Below, one piece after another: positions 1-5,465 of a stretch of DNA of 5,465 bases. A program made the position numbers and the translations under genes. Below the pieces are notes generated by a model. It worked only from the letters and a program-made list of their open reading frames with translations. It had not been told where the DNA came from and did not search any database. Where the stretch lies: positions 1 through 5,465 of the forward strand of contig NW_021830028.1 in the NCBI RefSeq assembly GCF_006345805.1, written 5' to 3'. The stretch's first letter is position 1. The number at the start of each line of letters is the position of its first letter. Source of the DNA: Octopus sinensis (taxonomy: Eukaryota).

Positions 1-251
1 ACCCCTCAGGATCACTGAACCATAGAAAATAATACCCACGCCCATTATTAGCCCTCAGAATACTGCAGCCTTCTAAAGTTCCTTCCTCCCCGGAATTCAC
101 CCAACTCAACCTCCCGACGCACCAATGAACCCTTATTCTTTACAATGCTTCCAAATGTTTACATTTCCCTGTTTTTTTTTTTTTTGTGTGTTGCATTCTG
201 TCTGCCATGTTTGTACTTCTAGATTTCATGCCTATCTTTCTTCTTTACGTG

Positions 252-320
252 CCTTTCTACGTCTGCACTCTTTTAACCTTTCTACGTCTGTCTCGTTTAA
301 CCTTTCTCGACGTGTCTTAG
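252..320. repeat. Short imperfect minisatellite, ~24-25 bp unit, ~3 copies
   Basis: cctttctacgtctgcactcttttaa (252-276), cctttctacgtctgtctcgtttaa (277-300), cctttctcgacgtgtcttag (301-320). Confidence 0.7.
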
Positions 321-422
321 TGCACCTGAGCACTACACACAATAACATCATTATTATTCGCCACGCTTTATATGTTTATGCATTGTCCTCACTTCATCCG
401 TCGATCTGGTGACAAATAAAGA

Positions 423-464
423 TCATCATTATCATCATCATCATCAACAACATCATCATCACCA

Positions 465-516
<52 letters not shown>

Positions 517-568
517 CATCATCATTATCATCATCATCATCACCATTATTATTATTATTATTATTATT

Positions 569-605
<37 letters not shown>

Positions 606-733
606 GCATCATCATCATCATCATCATCATCATCAGCATCATCATCACATCATCATCATCATCAGCATCATCATCATCATCATCATATTATTATTATTAT
701 TATTATTATTATTTTATTATTATTATTATTATT
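423..733. repeat. Compound trinucleotide microsatellite, alternating (CAT)n and (TAT)n blocks
   Basis: Read directly: approximately CAT 423-467, TAT 468-513, CAT 514-545, TAT 546-570, CAT 571-686, TAT 687-733, with scattered CAA/CAC/CAG variants. Confidence 0.98.
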
Positions 734-735
734 GC

Positions 736-1053
736 GGAGGTACATGGCCTGGTGGTTAGGGCAGCAGACTGGCGGTCGAGGGATCGCGGGGTTCGATTCT
801 CAGACCGGGCGATGTGTGTGTTTAATGAGCGAAAACAGAAGGTTTTTCGGCAGAAGGTAATGGCGGAACTTCTGCTGACTCTTTCGCCACAACTTTCTCT
901 CACTCTTTCCTCCTCCTGCATCTTGTAGCTCACCTGCGACGGACCCTCGTCCCGTCCAGGTGGGGAACCCACACGCCAAGGAAACCGGGAAACCGGCCCT
1001 TATGAGCCAGGCGTGACTCAAGAAGGAACAAACAACAACAACAACAACAACAA
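736..1053 (+). mobile_element. tRNA-derived SINE, near full length, with (AAC)n tail (family A)
   Basis: Head has Pol III A box TGGCCTGGTGG (745-755) and B box GGTTCGATTCTC (790-801). Central block ctgcgacggac...cccgtccagg (934-960) resembles the V-SINE-type domain as I recall it. 3' block caaggaaaccgggaaaccggccc precedes the (AAC)n tail at 1031-1053. Confidence 0.88.
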
Positions 1054-1086
1054 TTATTATCATTATTATTATTATTATTATTATTA

Positions 1087-1121
<35 letters not shown>

Positions 1122-1131
1122 CATTATTATT
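1054..1131. repeat. (TTA)n microsatellite
   Basis: Direct reading; continues from the SINE tail with a few CAT/AT interruptions. Confidence 0.97.
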
Positions 1132-1444
1132 AACGGGATCTTGATAATCGGTCTTCCAGGACCTGCGCTGTTCCTTCCTTTAGACTCAACAAGTAAAAAG
1201 AAGAAGAAAAAAAAGCAAGAGAAAGAACCAAATTACTTTTACTCATTTATTTATTTATTTATTGGGTTTTGTTTTTGACTTGGGTATTTTAAGAGGTATT
1301 ATTCTTGTTGTTGCTGCTGCTACTGGTGATGATGATAATAATTCTTGGGTCCACACATCAGGAAATAGTGTGTTTGCTGATTCTTGTACGAAGGGATACC
1401 CAAATGGAACCGAAATTTTGCAACGTTATTTTATTCCCTTATTT

Positions 1445-2042
1445 TTACATGTTTACACTTTTATCGCCATCAAAGTATTCTCCATTAGAAGCAATGCATC
1501 GGTCCAGACGCGTTTTCCTCTGTTCCAAGCAGTGCTGGAGCTCCTGCGAAGTGATGCCTTTTAACACCTCCGTCGTTTTTTTTTCTTTCTTCACTTTTTC
1601 CACATCTGCAAATTCCCTGCCACCAGCTTTCCTCAACAGCGATAAACTTCGAAAATAAGGTCCGGATTAATTTTCGACTGTTCTTTCAGTTCGCGACACG
1701 CATTCAGTCGTGACTGCTTTTGATCTTCCGTGAACAAGCGAGGCACAAATTTTGCTGCAACTCTATTAATTCACAATCCCTTGCTCAAAATCTGTTGGCA
1801 GGAGCTCCAGGACACGACGCGCCTGCCTCGTGGTTCCCGTGCGCGCAGCACCGACCCGCGCGACGACGAAGCCGCGCAGGCGTGAAACCGGACGACACGC
1901 GCGGGCGAAGACAGGCGCAGGGCGGCGGGTGACGCGCTCAAAGCTCCGCGGCCCGACCGCGCACGCACCGGCGAATAGGGCCGGGAGTGCGAACGGACGA
2001 CCGAAGCGTCATATCAACAAGCTCATCAATTGTTCAGTGACG
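1445..2042 (-). pseudogene. Mariner transposase pseudogene fragments
   Basis: Manual translation: RH*TIDELVDMT (2042-2007), [insert], VSWSSCQQILSKGL*INRVAAKFVPRLFTEDQKQSRLNACRELKEQSKINPDL (1815 downward; FVPRL corresponds to the WVPHEL motif). After a frameshift, SKFIAVEESW (1652-1623) is a decayed ITGDESW first-Asp motif. After another shift, GREFADVEKVK...LKGITSQELQHCLEQRKTRLDRCIASNGEYFDGD* (to 1445) is a typical mariner C-terminus. Confidence 0.9.
1816..2006. other. Unexplained GC/CpG-rich segment interrupting the transposase frame
   Basis: Manual count of 144 G+C in 193 nt (1816-2008, ~75%) and about 40 CpG, with sharp edges. Transposase-like codons resume on both sides. Confidence 0.85.
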
Positions 2043-2209
2043 GTTTCCTTGCTGTATAAGTCCACCGCAGAGTTACTCACTTTTGCCAACTGAGTGGACT
2101 GGAGCAGCGCAAAACGAAGTGTTTTGCTCAAGAACACAACACGCCACTCGGTCCAGGAATCGAAACCATAACCTTGTAATCGTGAGTGCAAAACCCTAAC
2201 CACTAGGCC
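2041..2209 (-). mobile_element. Truncated tRNA-derived SINE (family B, related to family A)
   Basis: Minus strand: ggcctagtggttaggg (A box, 2209-2194), ggtttcgattcc (B box, 2167-2156), tgttgtgttcttgagcaaaacactt (CORE-like), ctgcggtggact (start of the block shared with 934-944), and caaggaaaccg (matches the 3' block of the 736-1053 SINE). The tail is absent. Confidence 0.82.
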
Positions 2210-2445
2210 TTCATTTAATTTAAAACTGCGTGTTACATTTTCCAAGAATGAAAGAATAAAAACTAGAACCAGTGCTAGAATATGCTACAAAGTGTAAGAA
2301 TCTTTTGGATCAATTTCAAAAAAAAGTTCTGAGATTTACAAAATGATGGACTCGAATTACGAATATTCGAAATTCCTTTTGAAGTAATGCCAAATGAAGT
2401 TCTGATATCTTGGAACGCAAGTCAATTCTTTTACAATCGGATTAG

Positions 2446-2563
2446 ACTCTGATATCCAAATTTAGTCGATTATCAATTTTGGAATTTTATAAATCCTATG
2501 AAGATATCAAAAGATATGTACTTTTGGCGATAAAGTCTTTGAACTATCTGCGACGTCATATTG
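2446..2563 (+). CDS. Possible coding exon of an unidentified gene (alternative acceptor gives start 2466)
   Basis: AG at 2444-2445 (or tttAG ending 2465); open frame TLISKFSRLSILEFYKSYEDIKRYVLLAIKSLNYLRRHI; donor G|GTAAAT at 2563/2564. Protein not recognised. Confidence 0.3.
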
Positions 2564-2617
2564 GTAAATGATTCTTAATAATGTGAAAAGTGTTTCTAAA
2601 AGTTAAACTTATTCTAG

Positions 2618-2747
2618 AACTACTTGGTACCAGACTTACAGATCATTACTCTGCTAACCAGGTAAGAAGAATAACCGTATCGGCAACCCCTTCGCTAGAG
2701 TTTCTGAGCTTTCCAAGCCAAAACGGAATCAACTTTCTTATTGCAAG
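2618..2747 (+). CDS. Possible coding exon of an unidentified gene
   Basis: Acceptor ttattctAG (ends 2617); open frame (E)LLGTRLTDHYSANQVRRITVSATPSLEFLSFPSQNGINFLIA(R); consensus donor AAG|GTAAGA at 2747/2748. Phase-compatible with the preceding candidate across a 54-nt GT-AG interval. Confidence 0.35.
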
Positions 2748-2880
2748 GTAAGAGGCTTCCTTATATTTTTAGCATTGTGCTCTGCGTCGTCTTTTGGTCT
2801 TTACGTTCTTAAGTCATTACAGCTCCCTGATTAATTGCTAGGTTATTACGTTTTAATTAATGTAGCTCAGTGTGGTTTCA

Positions 2881-3318
2881 TGCATATCCCATTTCTTTAC
2901 TACCCACAAGGGGCTAAACACAGAGAGGACAAACAAGGACAGATAAACGGATTAAGTCGATTATATCGACCCCAGTACGTAACTGGTACTTAATTTATCG
3001 ACCCCGAAAGGATGAAAGGCAAAGTCGACCTCGGCGGAATTTGAACTCAGAACGTAGCGGCAGACGAAATACCTATTTCTTTATTACCCACAAGGGGCTA
3101 AACACAGAGGGGACAAACAAGGACAGGCATAGGTATTAAGTTGATTACATCGACCCCAGTGCGTAACTGGTACTTAATTTATCGACCCCGAAAGGATGAA
3201 AGGCAAAGTAGACCTCGGCGGAATTTGAACTCAGAACGTAGCGGCAGACGAAATACCGCTAAGCATTTCGCCCGGCGTGCTAACGTTTCTGCCAGCTCGC
3301 CGCCTTCCCTGCATATCC
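2881..3318. repeat. 9-bp direct repeat TGCATATCC flanking the SINE dimer (probable target-site duplication)
   Basis: Identical copies at 2881-2889 and 3310-3318, 1 nt and 5 nt from the element ends. Confidence 0.65.
2891..3304 (-). mobile_element. tRNA-derived SINE (family C) as a head plus two tandem 184-bp bodies
   Basis: Minus-strand head ggcggcgagctggcagaaacgttag (3304 downward), B box gagttcaaattcc, conserved block gtcgactttgcctttcatcctttcggggtcgataaattaagtacc. Units 3075-3258 and 2891-3074 are joined at 3066-3079. Confidence 0.92.
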
Positions 3319-3336
3319 ATAGACTTGTAGCTCCAT

Positions 3337-3714
3337 GATGCATCTCGTGGAAGCTCTGCGATGCATATTTCAGTAATTTTTTGTGGGTCTTAGGGGCTGT
3401 CGGGTCTTTGTGTATCAGACCCTTACATCCAGCCGACCCAACCGGAGGTTGATCAAATCTTAGCTTACTCGCCAGTAGCAACAAACGACCTATCTATCCT
3501 CTTTATCCAAAACTCCTAGTGACCATATCTGTAGCTTCTGATGGAACTTACGGCGTTCCTATTTGTTGCACCAGTAATTCCGAGCCAAGTCAGACATTTG
3601 CAGAGTAAAGACTTCCACAAAACCCTAGAAATCTACTTCAATATCTAGTCAGGTACCTGCCAGGTCTGGTTTCTGCGATGCTCTACCATTTCTTGATATC
3701 TTGCAAGCTTCCTC
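3337..3714 (-). mobile_element. Decayed 3' end of a non-LTR retrotransposon with restriction-like endonuclease (HERO-like)
   Basis: Minus-strand peptides across frameshifts: RKLARYQEMVEHRRNQTWQV (3713 downward), IEVDF*GFV (3642 downward), KSLLCKCLTWLGITGATNRNAVSSI, SEATDMVTRSF, FWIKR (3512-3498). This follows the ERK..KY..LV..C...GW...PVEVG.RGF....LGI.G....A.E.A.RWLW.KR pattern I recall for HERO-clade elements. A HERO-like 3' UTR follows (tgatcaacctccggttgggtcggctgg...aaagacccga) with a gggtct/agaccc stem (3402-3422). Confidence 0.72.
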
Positions 3715-3980
3715 CCTCGCCACACAGATGTTGCGCAAAAGAAAGGCCACGCTCTGCATAAAGGCCGGTAGAATTTGACACTTGCATATAATAAGCGTTT
3801 CCGACAGAATGTAAAGTGCTAAATGTTGTCTTCTTGTTTCGCTTGTAAACAACGCCTCTTCAGAACCATCCCTTATTTCCAACGGCCCATCGACGAACAA
3901 TACTGAAAAAAGAAAAAACTGAATGTATTTACTAGCATAAAAGATGCATGGGCATTATTAGATGCACCCCTTCAGTAGAT

Positions 3981-4380
3981 GGCTGCGAGGTGGCAGAAAC
4001 GTTAGCACGCCGGGCGAAATGCTTAGCGGTATTTCGTCTGCCGTTACGTTCTGAGTTCAAATTCCACTGAGGTCGACTTTGCCTTTCATCCTTTCTGGGT
4101 CGATAAATTAAGTACCAGTTACGCACTGGGGTCGATAAAATCGACTTAATCCGTTTGTCTGTCCTTGTTTGTCCCCTCTGTGTTTAGCCCCTAGTGGGTA
4201 GTAAAGAAATAGGTATTTCGTCTGCCGTTATGTTCTGAGTTCAAATTCCGCCGAGGTCGACTTTGCCTTTCATCCTTTCGAGGTCGATAAATTAAGTACC
4301 AGTTACGCACTGGGGTCGATCTTATCGACTGCTCCCAACCCAGAAATTTCGGGGTTTGTGCCTATAGTAGAAAAGAATAT
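3981..4380 (+). mobile_element. tRNA-derived SINE (family C): head, 184-bp body, and a second body with a different 3' tail
   Basis: A-box-like tggcagaaacgttag (3991-4005), B box 4053-4065, 184-bp period (4028 vs 4212), junction 4206-4219. The second unit diverges after ~4320 into ...ttgtgcctatagtagaaaagaatat. Confidence 0.92.
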
Positions 4381-4456
4381 CTGTGTGGCGAGGAGAGAAG
4401 AAATCCTATATGCTTAGAAATAACAACCAAATCACTTTTACACAAGTATATGTAAA

Positions 4457-4478
4457 TGTGTGTGTGTGTGTGTGTGTG
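4457..4478. repeat. (TG)11 microsatellite
   Basis: Direct reading. Confidence 0.95.
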
Positions 4479-4570
4479 TACGTGTACATGAATAATTGGA
4501 TGGTAACGGCTGGGAGGTGTGAATACCTTTTGCCCATAATTCTACTCGATTACGGTTGACCTGGGGTTAA

Positions 4571-4707
4571 ACACCACCATCACAACCACCACCGCTACCA
4601 CCATCGTCAGCACCACCATCATGTCCACCGCCGCTGCCACCATTACCACCAGCAATAACAGCAAGACAAGTAAATATTGTTAGCTTTTCTTTGAAACTAC
4701 TACTACG

Positions 4708-4749
<42 letters not shown>

Positions 4750-4878
4750 GCTACTACTACTACCAACACCACTGCTACTACTACCAACACCACTACTATT
4801 GCTGCTGCTGCTAGTGGCAGATGTAGTGGTGGTGGTGGTGGTGGTCGTGGTAGTAGTAGTAGTAGTAGTAGTAGTAGT
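4571..4878. repeat. Compound degenerate trinucleotide tract: (ACC)-like 4571-4670, (ACT)n 4696-4761, (GCT)n, (GGT)n and (AGT)n 4823-4878
   Basis: Direct reading; includes a duplicated ctactactaccaacaccact (~4754-4773 and ~4776-4795). Confidence 0.93.
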
Positions 4879-5011
4879 GCCCGTCATGATGGCAACAAGT
4901 TCATTAAGAGTGAGGGTGGGAGTGTTACGCGGGGGTCTGGAGGTGGCATGGGATGTGGGGTGAGGAGGAGAAGGAACGTAGTGAATCAGAGGGAGGATGG
5001 AGGGGATGGAT

Positions 5012-5059
5012 TGTGTGTATGTGTGCGTGTGTATGTGAGTGTGTGCGTGTATGTGTGTG
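5012..5059. repeat. Degenerate (TG)n microsatellite
   Basis: Direct reading, with TA/CG/AG interruptions. Confidence 0.9.
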
Positions 5060-5106
5060 GTGCATGTACTTTTGTGTGTAAAGACACTGGAAGAAGGCGA
5101 GACAAA

Positions 5107-5152
5107 AGAGAGAGAGAGAGAGAGAGAGAGAAGAGAAGAGACAGAGACAGAG
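5107..5152. repeat. (AG)12 plus degenerate AG/AGAC repeat
   Basis: Perfect (AG)12 at 5107-5130, then aagagaagagacagagacagag. Confidence 0.92.
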
Positions 5153-5225
5153 CTAGGTAACTAGCTAAATAAATATATATAGAGAGAGAGGGGGAAGAGA
5201 GAGTGAGAGTGACAGAGACAGACTT

Positions 5226-5465
5226 ATTTCTTTATTGCCCACAAGGAGCTAAACATAAAGGGTACAATTAAGGACAGACAAACGGATTAATTCGATTATA
5301 TCGACCCCAGTGCGTAACTGGTCCTTAATTTATCGACCCCGAAAGGATGAAAGTCAAAGTCGACCTCGGCGGAATTTGAACTCAGAACGTAGTGGCAGAC
5401 GAATACCTATTTCTTTACTACCCACAAGGGGCTAAACACAGAGAGGACAAACAAGGACAGACAAA
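5226..5465 (-). mobile_element. SINE family C tandem array, running off the window end
   Basis: Unit 5226-5408 (183 bp, 1-nt deletion at the junction) and the start of the next unit at 5409; junction gaatacctatttc at 5401-5413. Confidence 0.92.

Larger units (their letters stand above)
1389..2044 (-). mobile_element. Degenerate, internally deleted mariner (Tc1/mariner) DNA transposon; 3' end present, 5' end missing
   Basis: Transposase-like peptides on the minus strand (next feature). A mariner-like terminus cgaagggatacccaaatggaaccgaaatt (1389-1417) directly follows a TA dinucleotide (1387-1388), ~55 bp beyond the stop codon. No partner TIR found. Confidence 0.85.

Noticed and set aside
125-412. 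95-aa ORF and other short ORFs at 1262-1658
   Set aside because: Low-complexity, T-rich, or antisense to the mariner; no coding signal.
394-759. Poly-Met/Ile and poly-His/Tyr ORFs
   Set aside because: Direct translations of the (CAT)n/(TAT)n microsatellite; no splice or domain support.
736-805. Functional tRNA genes at the SINE heads (also 2150-2209 and 3981-4065)
   Set aside because: A and B boxes are present, but no proper cloverleaf or acceptor stem, and each continues into SINE body sequence.
1720-2093. Arg/Ala-rich ORFs across the GC-rich insert
   Set aside because: Stop-poor frames are expected at 75% GC; no recognisable motif, and they run into mariner or SINE sequence.
2260-2345. 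PVLEYAT...LDQFQKKVLR resembling a LINE reverse transcriptase C-terminus
   Set aside because: Short, AT-rich match bounded by stops, with no supporting RT motifs nearby; a BLASTX hit would be needed.
3780-3900. PH-domain-like pattern in LFVDGPL...LYILSETLIICK
   Set aside because: Only a loose hydrophobic pattern; cannot be supported without an HMM search.
3141-4126. Near-identical ORFs 3141-3338 (+) and 3932-4126 (-) suggesting duplicated genes
   Set aside because: Both are the antisense reading of the same SINE family.
4914-4960. Possible G-quadruplex (five G-runs)
   Set aside because: Two loops are 10 and 14 nt, and there is no functional context.
4567-5160. Poly-Thr/Ser, poly-Leu/Val and VC/RE-repeat ORFs
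   Set aside because: Translations of trinucleotide and dinucleotide repeats, which lack stops in several frames.
2891-5465. Regular repeats as a CRISPR array
   Set aside because: Units are ~184 bp with no unique spacers, carry Pol III boxes, and sit in a eukaryotic context.

Overview
AT-rich, microsatellite-dense eukaryotic DNA made mostly of layered transposable-element debris. The tRNA-derived SINE families look like those I recall from Octopus genomes (from memory, not a search). From left to right: a compound (CAT)n/(TAT)n tract; a full-length tRNA-headed SINE with an (AAC)n tail (736-1053); an internally deleted mariner transposon on the minus strand (1389-2044), interrupted by an unexplained ~75% GC, CpG-rich segment; a truncated SINE fused to the mariner (2041-2209); two possible plus-strand exons (2446-2747); and three loci of a third SINE family, each a head-to-tail multimer with a 183-184 bp period and the same junction (2891-3304 minus, 3981-4380 plus, 5226-end minus). 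A decayed HERO-like non-LTR retrotransposon 3' end lies at 3337-3714 (minus). No complete protein-coding gene is supported, and most ORF-track entries are microsatellite or SINE artefacts. The most notable observations are the fixed-junction mosaic SINE multimers (one with an apparent target-site duplication), a 15-bp inverted 'orphan TSD' implying a local inversion, the GC-rich insert, and closely spaced inverted SINE pairs.
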